Program-made: the position numbers and the translations under genes
Assembly (NCBI GenBank): GCA_051294905.1
Contig: CM119386.1
Span: forward strand, 9,920,001-9,984,000
Direction: 5' to 3'
Origin: Botryllus schlosseri
Lineage: Eukaryota
DNA length: 64,000 nt
In this document: one piece after another, positions 36,260 through 48,500 of the stretch
Layout: each line of letters begins with the position of its first letter
Position numbering within the stretch: position 1 is the first letter of the stretch
The notes under the pieces: model-generated
Databases searched by the model: none
Seen by the model: only the letters and a program-made list of their open reading frames with translations
Told to the model about the DNA's origin: nothing

Positions 36260-38713
36260 TTCCAACCCTATCTTTCAATGAAGTGATAGCCTATATTAAC
36301 GTACACGATACCTAGCGACGACTCGGGCCACATCATGTCACAATGCAGAAGTACATGTTGGCGTTTTAAACGTCACTAAATGTTTCAACTGAGGCAATCA
36401 AAGGATATAATACTCCTATAAAATCATTATCTTCCGTCGCTTTGCCAACAATTTCGACGAGGACTTACCAGGGAATATAAGCTTACGCCTTAACGGTCTA
36501 GGCCAGACCGGATAATGTATTTGGCGTCTGAGTAGCCTATCGCTACATTGATATTGAGCAGAGTGTAAAACTGGTTTCTATACTTGCTACCGATATTACC
36601 CCATTAACAAGTTTTACAGCAGTAGACAACATCTCAATCACAAGGATTTGGTTCTCGTGATGCAGTAAAGATATGAAGTCAAGATTGCCCCGTACCCCTG
36701 CTAGCTTTTTTGCATCAGAAAACGATATCAATCTCATTGATTGGTTGAATATAAGCATCATTCGCTGACTACGTATTTCGCTCGTGATGTTGTGTAATCG
36801 CAGGTCAAACTCACAGCAGAGAGACACTAAATATTCACAAACGGAAAGCTGAATATTTCGAGCAAACATTCGTTACAAAGCAAGTAAAACTTTTGAGATT
36901 GTCAAGGTGCATGCTCGTTTATAGTGTTAATTTTTAATGCTGCCAGCGCCATGCATAGAGTGGCCCGCAGTTGAAATGCAATTAATATGAACCAAAGATG
37001 TTATAATGAAGTGAAAATTGTAATATATGAAAAAGGTTCACAGTGCAGAACCTACCAAGGTTCTGTTGTGAACGTGAACCTCTAAATTTCCGAGGTTCAC
37101 ACACAGAACGCGAACGTGAACCTCACGTTCACACCATCCCTAGTATTTACTCAATTATGGCATAATTTTACAACTTGAAAAACACAAATTTTTTCAAAGA
37201 CTTTTGTTTAAAACACTGTTCAAAACATGTATTAAACGAAGTGTTTTTTAACACCGTTTATTTTAAATGCATCCCTAGTTGGAGAAGAGTCGCTGCCGAA
37301 GGTTGGTTGGTTGCTCGATTGGTTGGTTGGTTCGTTGGCTGGCTTCAGGGCTTTGCTGGCTTGTTGGTGGGAGTTGTCAGTTCATTCCTCGACAGAACGA
37401 CATTCTGGAGTGCCGAAACGTCGAGAGTTCATCTAGGCTTCAACTCCCTTAATAGGTCGCTGCTGTGAAGGAAGAATAGCATAACACTAATACATTATAC
37501 ACCGAGCCAGTTGGGGAAGCGAGTGGCGCAGTGATCGCTGATTGCTGGTTGCAGCACTGGTGTAGCCAGAGAGGGGCGATCGCTCCCCCTAAATATCTGG
37601 AAAGTTTTCGTAATCTCAATAAATATAACAGTATTTTGGGGCAGATGAATACAACCTGAAAAATATGTCCGCGCTTCGCGCGATTTAGTGTCCAACATAC
37701 ACGTCTTGATTTTCTTATCGGTATCCCGAAAAAAATTCTTTCGCAAATACCCATAATTGAAGTTAGCTGCATTTACATGAGAATACAACAGTACCAGTAT
37801 AGATATACGAGAGTATCCCAAGGTCGTTGGGTTGATTGAGTCTAGGGGTGTCAGTTCAGTATATGGGGGTTGGGGATTGCTAGTTACGGCAATTTCCGTA
37901 CCGGGACACACGAAGACATTTAAAGTAGGCTACATGAGACTCCGCAGTGCGCTGTCAAAATGATTGACAACTAAAAAACCGACGCATGCTGCATTCCGAA
38001 GCCTACTATATAGATTTTCGGGTGCTTAAATAGCTGGCGCCTGATGATCCTGTCCCTGCAATCAGACCCCTCCGGCATAAATGCGACTGGCACACCTCCC
38101 GTTAAAAAGTGCTAATTTGGAATCGCACGAGTCTGATCAAAGGAGTTTTTTTTAATTACGTCTGGTATGTAACAGCAATTCCAATCTTTAAAGTAGGCCA
38201 TAGCGTTAACTTTTACCAGAGTTTGCTAAATAACCGCGTGCTTCAACGAAATAGGCCTAATTGCTGTAATCCACTTGCTCATATACACGCACCAATATTA
38301 TTCATCAAATTCTTTCTTTTATTCAAAAACATTCATCGAATTTTTCGCCCCCCCCCCTCCCCCAAATATTTCTTATGGCTACGTCCTTGGTTTCGAGTCT
38401 CGTCTTTGCCATGTTTCGATGTGTTGGAGGTTTATCTGGGCTCCTCATCGCCAATACCGCAGTTAATATAGCGCCGTCACATGTCCAGAAGGGAAGAGAG
38501 AGCTGAACTCAAGAAAGATGGCGGCAGAGACCAGAAAAAAGTACGCAAGAATGCGGCAAAGATCTCAAAAGACACGAATTTATGAAATTACTGTCCGGGC
38601 GCAAATGACCTAGGAGTTAATATGCGCCAATTGTGTTAATAAAACAAACAAACAAACACCGGGCCAATTATGTCGTGATTTTCGAATGCAAGTGTAAATT
38701 ATTGTAGTGGGGG

Positions 38714-38777
38714 ACTCACGGTATACCGGAGAATCGTGCCTCACGCCGTGAACCCGGGTTCGATTCCGCGTCGGAGT
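38714..38777 (+). pseudogene. Degenerate tRNA-like sequence (Glu/Asp/Gly-like) or SINE head
   Basis: B-box CCCGGGTTCGATTCC; ACTC...GGAGT partial acceptor stem; D and anticodon arms degraded. Confidence 0.4.
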
Positions 38778-40517
38778 TTATTCTGTGCTTCATTGCTTCG
38801 CAGACCCGGTGAAAGAGCGCACTCACAAGGGAGGGAAAAAGCAAGAAAGAGGCGCGCGAAAACGAACTGTGACATCGGGCACTAGGCTAGGATATATAAC
38901 GGTTATTTTCAGGGATATTTTTCGGGTTGGGGTTAGTTTGGAGGTCCTATAAAGTCACAGCATGCTAAAATGATGCATGCTAAAGTGTCCTATGTTCAAC
39001 TGTCGTTTTCGATTTTGTTGCATGCTCATATGTCGGGCTACCATACATACGGAAGATGTGGTACCAACGAGACACTGGGACCGAAAATACTCGAAAATTT
39101 ATCTGTGATAATCCCATGATTACAGTACGCGAATTTGTCCACAATGGCATGCTGGCAGAATCGAGTCAAGTCAAGTCATACGAAAAAGGTGACTGGAGTC
39201 TGACTTGAGTCAAGTCATGACTCGAGTCATCCCGACACTGCCCTGTTTACCGTCTATTAGGGTCAGTGACCCAATGTTTACCCATCAGATAACTCATAAG
39301 CTCAATTTTTAACTATTACGGCAGTTCTCGGCCATTTGTGAGGCCAAATTCGTGTTATACTCGAAATTTGGGGTGTTCCGCAGTTTCCGGGTTTTTTTAG
39401 ATATTTTTCACCAGGCCATGTTCAGCGCTTACAAGGCTAAGTGACCAAATGTTTAACCATCAGGTAGGCCTACCTCGTATAATTTCAATTTTCACCTATT
39501 ACGACAGTTTTCGGCCATTTGTGAGGCCAAACTCGTCTAATACTGGAAATGTAGGGTGTCCAGCGGTTTCTAGATATTTGCCACGAGGCCATATGCTGGG
39601 CGTGTATAATCGTTAGTGAACGAATGTTTGACCCGCAGATACTTGATAAGTTCAATTTTTAACTTTATACGACAGTCCTCTGCCATTTGAGGCATAATTT
39701 GCCTTATACTTGAACATTTGTGTCCCGCGGTTTCTAGATGTTTGTCACGAGGCCACGCTGCGCGTGTATAATCGTTAGTGACCGAATGTTTGACCCTCAG
39801 ATACTTCATAAGTTCGATTTTTAACTATCACGACAGTTCGCGGCCGATGGTGTGGTGAGGTTAAATCTGCGTTGTATTCGAAAATTAAGGTGTTCGCAGT
39901 TTCCGCGTTTTCTATATATATTCCGCCAGGCTATGTTCAGCGTCTATTAGGGTCAGTGACCGAAGGCTTAACCCTCAGATACTTCATAAGTTCTATTTAT
40001 AACTATCACGACGGTTTGCGGTCGTTTGTGAGGTTAAATCTGCCTTATACTCGAAAATTAGGGTGTCTCGCAGCTCCCGCGTTTTCAAGGTATGTTCCGC
40101 GAGGCCAGGTGTGTAATTGTTAGTGAACGACTGTCTGACTCTCAGATACCTAGTAATTTCAATTTTCAACTATTACGACAGTTCTCTGCTATTTATGAGG
40201 CCTAAATCGCCTCACTCTAAAATTGGTGTCCCGCAGTTTCCTCGTTTTAGACTTTAGAGTTCCTTCAATGAGATCTACAAATGTCGATGACCGACTGTTC
40301 CGCGTTCCGCCTTTTCCGCTGTTTCCTCGTTTTAGTGCCTACTTTGTGCTCTATAGAGGTCAATGACCGACTGTTCCGCGTTCCGCGTTTTCCTCTGTGT
40401 TCAGCGCTTTAGGAATCGAGGTTTCCCGCTTTTTCCGCAGTTTCCGCGTTTTAGGGGCCATTTCCGCGAGTTCCGCGTTTTCCGCAGTTTCCGCGTTCCC
40501 TCCTTTTAGGGTTACCC

Positions 40518-40982
40518 GTAACACGGCTCGTACAAATGAGTCGGTTCGGAGCTCACCATCCTGTGATATATTTCCAGTGATAAGTCGTTTAATTGACTTG
40601 ACCGCAATTTCAGCCCGGCCATTTGATCGAGCATTGTATGCTGAAGACAGTCTGTGCCAAACACCCCATCGACGTAGGAAATCTTGCGTACTATGAGCGG
40701 TGAATTCAGGTCCGCCATCGCTGCTCAGTTCTTCTACAACGCCGAATGTCATGAAGTAGTTCCGTAAAGCATCTTGCAGTCCAAGTGCACCAGAGGTTTG
40801 AGTGCCAGGCTTAATATGAAAGATTTCAGGCCAATTGCTGAAACGATCGATGGCTACGAGATACTGGTGACCTGCAACAGCGCAGTAATCTGCGGCAATA
40901 GCCTGAAAGGGGTATGTCGGTACGTAAGGATCACAAGGGGGCAAATGCGGCTGGCTCGGTGCGGACCTGCTACACGCATCAC
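40518..40982 (-). pseudogene. Gypsy integrase core
   Basis: CDACSRSAPSQ...PFQAIAADY...DRFSNWP...SSDGGPEF...RAEIAVKSIKR. Confidence 0.85.
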
Positions 40983-40985
40983 ATT

Positions 40986-41954
40986 TACTTCGTTTCCATG
41001 CTCGGCCGACGGTCGGCCGAAAGGCCATGACGCATGCGTTGTACATGTCGGCCGTGTTTCCATGAGCAGACGTAACCCAACCGTGACTTGGCCGAACTAG
41101 GTGGGCGAAGCGATCGCGATGACGTTTTTGGCTTACTTACTCAGTAACAATTTCAAAATAATCAGAAGATTGCGATAAATGACTCGGTAGGAATGAGTCG
41201 AAAAGACTTGTAGCGATCATTCAATCAAATAACACGCTTTGACCTTGAACACGAAATGCATCCAACATGTAAAATGGTCACGATGAACCAATTGCTTAAA
41301 ACTAACAGAAGATAAAATAAGATGGATAAAAGATGAAAATTGGTGGCATATCTTCGTATGTGGGGGATATAGATATGGGATATCGTGGTCCAATAATTTC
41401 GAGCACAGAATAGTAACTTCTCCAGTAGTCTACCGGTACTACTGTTTCGTCGTCATGATTCAGACATGAACGTCCAGTGTCCTGTCGATGATTTGCTTAC
41501 CAGGGGAATGTGAATAAGTTCACCTAGTTTGTGGTCAAGCGGTATAGTTTGTATTGTATCCATGCACCATAGAACGCAAACCTTCGAATTGTGGCAGCAG
41601 CGTATGTGATCAGATCGCGAAGATTTCGGTAGCCTACGGGTAATTCGTAGCAGTACCGGTACTACTAAATTCCGTTACGATCATAATTCTTGGTTTCTCA
41701 AGGCGTCCAAGATCCGTCCGGAGTGCAGCCATGGTTAATTTGATACGAAAAGTGTATTGTAAGTAGCGAATACCAATTAGCTAATCGAAGACACAGCGCA
41801 AGCATGGCCGAAGGGCTAAGCCGAAGGATTTACTAGATGGCCGACGAGTCGGCCGACGTGGGTGTGCATCACTTTAAATGCGCAACAAAATTCTCTCGTT
41901 CGTCGGCCGAGTCTCTCGAAAATGGGCCCATCGGCCGAGCATGGAAACGAAGTA
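40986..41954. mobile_element. 969-bp non-autonomous TIR element, PIF/Harbinger-like
   Basis: TIR TACTTCGTTTCCATGCTCGGCCGA at both ends; 3-bp TSD ATT; its removal restores the Gypsy codons CAA-TGT-GAT (Q-C-D). Confidence 0.8.
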
Positions 41955-43902
41955 ATTGTGCCCGCGTTCTTGCAATGCAAGCCGACATACCGGGCCAGAA
42001 AACAGCAGCTTGAGCTCTCTGTGACATGGCATTGATACCTTGGTGAGCAGAATGAAGGGTGTCACATATTGGTTTCCTCAGAATTGACGGTATAACAACT
42101 CGATCATCATACATGACGACATCATCAACAATAGAAAGCTTACCACGATAGCACCAATATGCTAGGACCTGAAACGGCAACTGATCCGATCCACGTGAGA
42201 ATCCTGAGACGATGCATTCCTTCAGCTTACTGAGAGTATCATCGCATAGGGTAGCTTTTCGCACATCCTCCCATGAAATGACTTTAATGGCGTTCAGAGA
42301 TGCCCTTGTAGCTGCAATAATAGACGTCTCTAGCTGGTTGTTTTCATCGTGACCTGCCGCCACACAATCGACTGGGTCCAGGGAGGACCAGTGACTCGTG
42401 TCCAGTGATGCGGGGTGCCTCGAGAACGCATCCGATGCCGGTATGGATTTACCTGGAACATGAAAAATACGAAAGCGCCAGGACATCGTACGCTGCTTCA
42501 GGCGGAATATTCTAGTGTTTGTAATATCGTCCAACGATTTGTCCCCGAAGATTTTGATCAGCGGTTTGTGATAGGTAGCGATAACAAGGTCATCACAGCC
42601 AAGGGTAAAGAACTTGGTATCCTCCAGTGACCATGCCACAGCAAGGGCTTCACCTTCAATCGGAGCGTATCGTCTTTCTGAATCACGTAAGAATCGGGAA
42701 CCTGCCAGAGTAATTTTCCAGCCATTGGGACAGCAATCAGGCGTCGTAGATTCGCACTCGCAGTATTTTTGACGCAGCCAGTACCCAATGCCCGTTTTCG
42801 ACCAGTCGGGATTCAAGCAAGTTTTTCGCTTCGGGTCAAAAATGCGCACCCCATTTTGGATTGCTTGAATAATCTCAGCTTTTGACTCTGCAAACGCCTC
42901 ATCGAGTTCATTGGTCCACGTGAAAGAAGATTTCGAGCTAAGTAAGCTCGTGAATGGTGCCATCATGTCGGTAAGTTTGCCATAATGGGAGACTTGGTTC
43001 ACAAGTCCAAACCACGACCGTATGTCTGACAGCTTCTGTGGCCTTGGGAAACAGGCGATGGATTCCAAATATTTTGGAAGTGGACGTACGTCGTCTGCCG
43101 TAATCTCGAATCCTGCAAATTCAATATGCTTACATGCAAATTGAAATTTCGAAGGGTTAAGAATGATGCCATTGCGTCCCATCAGTTCGAGATAATGAAT
43201 CATTCTCCACCAATGTTCAGACAGACTGTCATCCCATAACACTGTGTCATCGACGCACTTTGTCTTTCTAGGCACATCAGCGATTATCCGATCATATCGA
43301 TGAGTGTATATCCATCCCCGCTTGCTATGAAACCTTGTGGGCCACTCGGTATCTATATCTGCCAAATTCAGTGATGAACGTGAGTATAAGTGGCGATCAT
43401 CTTCTCTGACGGGTACCGAATGGTACCCATTCCAGGCGTCAGTAACCGATCTGAAAGTATCGGGTGGGATGGAACGGGCCTGATGAAATGGTGGAACGAT
43501 GTGGTGCGTGTCCCGGGAGCAATGGCGGTTGAGGGATTGGAAGTCGATTACTCTGCGAGGACTTCCATCGCTTTTACGAACCCATATTGCTCGATGACAC
43601 CACTTTGTCGGCGTATTGGGTTCAACTTTTTCAATGACACCAAGACGCACGTCATCATCCAATTGTTTCTTAACTGCATCACGCCAGTGAATAGGCACTT
43701 GAGAAGGTGTGTGGACTGCTGCTGGCTTTGCATCTGGATCAACATGAATGGATATGGGTGTTCCAGACATGGAAGGCAACGTTTGATGTTTGCACTTGTT
43801 GAATGTTGACGAACTAAATCGCAGTAGAAGCCATTGTTTCATCTTTTCGTTATTTTCCACACATGGCGTGAATGGGAGCTCAGTGGGTGAACTAGGAGGC
43901 AA
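41955..43902 (-). pseudogene. Gypsy pol: RT, RNase H and integrase N-terminus
   Basis: ORF 41869-43902. Compensating indels near 43300-43390 scramble the TFITEFGRYRY...PQG segment. Confidence 0.85.
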
Positions 43903-44774
43903 GAATTGAAGTCGATATTATCATTATAAGATTTTTCACGCTCTGGAAGCGTTGAATTGAAAGTTGCTGGTCTATCGCGGACTTATATGCCATGGTCTGG
44001 TTCTATGGTCCCCTTAATGCATCATCAGTCTGTGATAGAGCATCAGAAATGGCATTGGCATTACGCTGAAATTTGGTACGAATGGAGTTTGAGATGTGCT
44101 TCATCTATAGGCTGGCGCAGCAGCTACTCTCTCGTTTCGCTAGACAGCATTGTTACGTCCTGGGCTACTCTCTTGTTTCGCCAGACAGCATTGTTGCGTT
44201 CCAATGCCAATCTCCATAACAATGAAAAATTCGAGGCTGATTGTGGGAGTTCCAAGGCCACGAGCGGAATAAAATTTATATTTTCGTAATCAGTGGAGAG
44301 TCAGCTTTCGATTGATACCCGTTATACCAAATTTAATGCTTGGCAAGCCGGTCTAAAATGACCGTCAAATTGCCTGTAGCCAAATGGAAATTGTGACGTG
44401 ATACAATTTCACTGAGGCGTGAGATTTGCTTGTGTCGACACCATATAGGACACTATGGTGGAGATCTATGGAGCCAGAATAGATTTTGCGAGAACCGAGA
44501 ATATAACTTCGTGAATTTTGTTTCAGGAGGGTTCGCACGAATGTAGTTGTAGGTGAACCTCATCTCACGTGAGTACCAAATAATGGATGAAGAATCGTTT
44601 TCGCAACATAATTTATATTTTTTCGCATCATTTTTTTGATCGCTGGGCTATATGTGATAAAATTATTGATAAACTGATATTATGTTTAATTTCTATACTG
44701 ATACTGCTACTGAATCTGATACGTTCGTTGTGGTCGTGACGTATCACCTTTAATTGATATCCTCGAAGATTTGT

Positions 44775-44777
<3 letters not shown>

Positions 44778-44809
<32 letters not shown>

Positions 44810-45520
44810 TTTATTTTCATCGAACCAAAATACATAACAAACGGCAGTGATGGTGGTACAGAAAATATGCGTGCACAGTATTCGGTATTAGATAGGAATG
44901 ATCGATAAGACCGTGAAGGTCATCTAGTCTGATCACACCAGCATCAAACAGGTACACTTGACTCAGAACAGTCTGGCTGTAAAAAAGTGTTTAGTTAGGA
45001 AAGGAAAATAGAAAAAAAATTAAACAATGGTAGCAAATGATCAATGAAGCAATGTCTGGGCGGGGTAGGGCAACAGTGTTAGTGTAACGACAAGAGGTGA
45101 TCAAGTAGGGCTTTTTTGAATCTATCATAAGGCAATTCACGGATATGTGATGGTAATGCATTCCAGATGATAGGTCCCGAGTAGTCGATAGATCTCTTAG
45201 TTAGGTTGCTATTGGGTTGGGGTAAGTAGACGTTTCCTTTAGACGAAGATCTCGTGTAATGGGAATGGACATGTTTAGCAGGTATGAAAAAGTCATCAAA
45301 CACAGGAGGGAGATTATTGGAAAAATATTTGTGAACAACTTTTGATACTTCGAAGCGATACAGTTCATCAACTCGCAAAATTCGATGCTTACGGTAGTAA
45401 GGCGATAAATTGGTACGTAAAGGTACAGATGAGATCAGCCGTATCGCACGGTTTTGCAGGGTTCGAATTCTGCACAAAAATGTTGTACATGCATTTCCCC
45501 ATACTACGATACTACGGAAA
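44778..45520 (-). mobile_element. 5'-truncated non-LTR retrotransposon (CR1/L2-group-like): RT C-terminus, 3' UTR and (CT)n tail
   Basis: ORF 45079-45477 (LQNRAIRLI...HSHYTRS...YSGPIIWNALP...FKK..L); 3' UTR with AATAAA; (GA)n on + strand at 44778-44807. Confidence 0.8.
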
Positions 45521-45577
45521 GTTTTGTGATGGAAAATTTATATTGGGGTTTAGACTCTCGGTGTGGACTTGAAAGTT

Positions 45578-48500
45578 ATGCACTGTAAGCACATACCCGC
45601 TGGTTACAAACTAGATAAAAGGGCTCTATTGCGTCAATGTCGGGTATGTTTACTGTTACCTTAATTTAGCGTGAGATATAACATCTTTATGTCGCTGTTT
45701 CCCACAGATTCCGTGCGGCATATGCAAAGCTGATAAAGGACTCTGGGCTTGCCTTGAAGTGAGTATTAACTATTAATATCAATAATAACTATTTATTATT
45801 GATATAAAGCTACTGATATAGTGATACAAGGATATCCATTCATCATTAACCTTAACCATTCTATTGAAACTAGCCTGACGGCTGACCCGACTCAGATATC
45901 CATTGCTTGCACTTGCAGAAAAGCTGTTACTTTAATGGATGCGGAAAAAAAGCTAAAGACCATAGCACAGAACATCACAAGGTAACGTGCTAAAAATACT
46001 CTGTAATTATTGCAACAATTTATATGGAGCAAATGTCGAATTTCTCACAGCTGCAAAATATCATACTCCTGCTCCTATATACCTCTCTCTTGTCGAGCAT
46101 TATATACTACTGTCGGTGGCAGGATATTTCCCACTGTGAAGTATAAGCGGTAGTGTATCAACTTCAGGAGCGACCGAGTCTATTTTATAGAAGTAGGCTA
46201 TAGTATACAACCACCAAATTATGTCATTATGCACATTGTCATGCCGACTCATGCGCCCTCCAAGTCTGAAATATCGGCATCGTCCGGACAACCGGAGAGC
46301 TGCAACAGGTTATTGTTGAGGTCATTGTTTTGCAGCCATCCGATTATTCTGAACAATGCAGATTTCAGATGTTGAGGGTGATTTTTAGTCAAGTTCCGGA
46401 GCCCTAACCATATTTTAATTTATATTTTCGGAATCAGTGCTACAGTAGCTTTTGATCAAGACCAGATTCCGTAAATTCTGCCCTCTGGATGAAAATTTTG
46501 GATTGCCAGAAATCCTACAATCACTGCTACGAAGCAATTCGTATTCAAGCCTTGGCGGAGCGGAATGAAGCTGTTAACATTCTATATTTAAACCCTCTGT
46601 ACAAATCTGGTCATTACTATGGCTGTATGTTAATACCAAATAAAGAGAGTTTGATCGCGTGCGCCACTTCACCGAAGTCTAGCCAATCTTGCTAGAGTGA
46701 GCAATTTTGTAGTTTTAACTTTAATTTGTTCCATGTGATGAAATTTATCAAGACTTTTTTTCATTTCAGAAAACAGGCCACCCTGTTGCGGTGAATTTAC
46801 AGACGTTCCGGTGTTGGTGTTGTATATGCGAAATTGAAATCAAGCTTTTTAATACTGATGAAATTGTAAGTCTCCTAATTCAGTTAAAGAAGTAGACGGG
46901 ATAGTTCCTACTCATTTCAGTAATGCTTAAAGCAATTAACCACACACATACAAATATATTGTGACTATGACATAACAATCTAACGACTCTTGAATGTTTA
47001 TATCTTACTCTATCACAGAAAGCTTTGAAAGAAGAACGTAAACTTTTTTTATCTCTACATTCAAGCACTGCACAGGGTAATTTAGTTAGTTGATGTTTAT
47101 GATAAATTCATGTAAATAACAATTTTGTCCGTTTGTGCAGTGCCTTGGACAATGGACGTTGATTGTGAAAGCAACACAAGGACCTCTACCCTTGGTTTGA
47201 CCGGACTGGAAAACCTTGGGAATACGTGTTATATGAACGCAGCGCTGCAGGCGCTTTCAAACTGGTAAGTAACGCATCCGGAAGCTAACCCTATGCCCCT
47301 CCTCTGTACCATGTTTTATTAAAATCTACTGGTGGTAGTTCGTATCTATATATAGGCCTACGTAAACAAGAGATGTAGCACCTTCCATACAACTTTTTTA
47401 ATTCACAAGCCTCATTTGTACTTATTAGGATGGAAGATAATCTTATCCTTGCACAGTGTTAAAACTGGAACCGTAGGCTATGTTCTGAAGTTTTTGGTTC
47501 ATTCTCTTGTTGACAAATGAAACACATCCTACTGACAGCTAGTGACTGCGATCCCTGTTTTCAGCATGCAATTAATGTGTTGCATTCAATTAATGTATTG
47601 CATTATCTTCTGAACAACATCAACTCATTCTTGTTAGCCGAACGGAACGCCTGTGTCTTGTAACTAATCCTTTTCGTGTCACACACCTGTAGTTTGTAGC
47701 AAAGTTTTCTGAAATGCCATCCGTTTAGTTCGCCGTTGACTTACTACTTCATATCTGAGTACGCGGAGCGGAACAAATCCCACAAAAGCGGTTCAATGTC
47801 ACTAGGGTATTTCAAGGTACGACATTACTCGATACATGTTACCGTTTTTCTATCCCGGCATGCGTGCTTACATTCAGATGCTGACAGAGTTCTGGAACAA
47901 AAATATGTACCAAAGACCGCCTTACCTCAACCCTGCCGCGATACATATGTCTCTGAAAACGATCAACCCTTCTTTTAGAGGATATCAACAGCAGGTATTC
48001 TTTACGCTTCGGTGCTGCCTGTAATGTGATATGCAATGAGCCTTTTAGTTGCCAGTGGATTTGTGTACTATACTTTATAATTACTGAGTAATAATAATCA
48101 GTGAGCCACTGCTGAAGCACGATAAGTAGAGGAGGGGTATTCCGAGTGGGGAGGCAACGTTCTTCAAGTTTTAGGTTTGTTGACTGTGACATGATCATTT
48201 TTCTTCATGTAGCAGTGGATAGTCTGCCAAATATGATTTTCGTTTATGCTGTTGGATGTATATTGGACATGAATTATGTTTGACCATATTGTTCCACCCG
48301 TCCTACTCCACTGTTCCGAAAAGCTGCAGACCCCTATCGTACTAGGAATCGCTAGCGTTCAAAACCACTGCTGATACTTGAACGATTATATAAATATGTG
48401 AATAATGATCGCAACACTTTATTGGTGATATCATTGCCACGCCGGACAGTCGTTCAATGACAACCATGTTTTTCTAAATTTTCTCTCGAAACTTTGAATG

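Larger units (their letters stand above)
32984..37142. mobile_element. hAT-type element nested in the Foldback-like element
   Basis: TIR TAGGGATGGTGTGAAC at both ends; 8-bp TSD GTATTTAC (32976-32983, 37143-37150). Confidence 0.85.
30820..40517. mobile_element. Foldback-like (MULE-type) element with long modular TIRs
   Basis: Ends GGGTAACCCTAAAAGGAGGGAACGCGG in inverted orientation; arms ~30820-32300 and ~39250-40517 built of ~170-bp subrepeats; 9-bp TSD GTAACACGG (30811-30819, 40518-40526). Confidence 0.85.
29852..43902 (-). mobile_element. 5'-truncated Ty3/Gypsy retrotransposon (RT-RNaseH-integrase, PPT, partial 3' LTR), split by two insertions
   Basis: Segments 43902-41955, 40982-40518 and 30810-30116 rejoin in frame once the inserts and one TSD copy are removed. 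Motifs: RRVIDFQSLN, DAWNGYHSVP, CVDD, DWSKTGIG, YAPIEGEALA, HSAHQG...CDAC, LSSDGGPEF, SNGRAEIAVK, SPAQIVFGRPL. PPT GGGGGGA then TGTATGG at 30045. Confidence 0.9.

Noticed and set aside
44430-44450. TGGTGTCGAC (minus strand) as the Gypsy PBS
   Set aside because: No adjacent copy of the 3' LTR sequence, and gag/protease are missing; the element is 5'-truncated.
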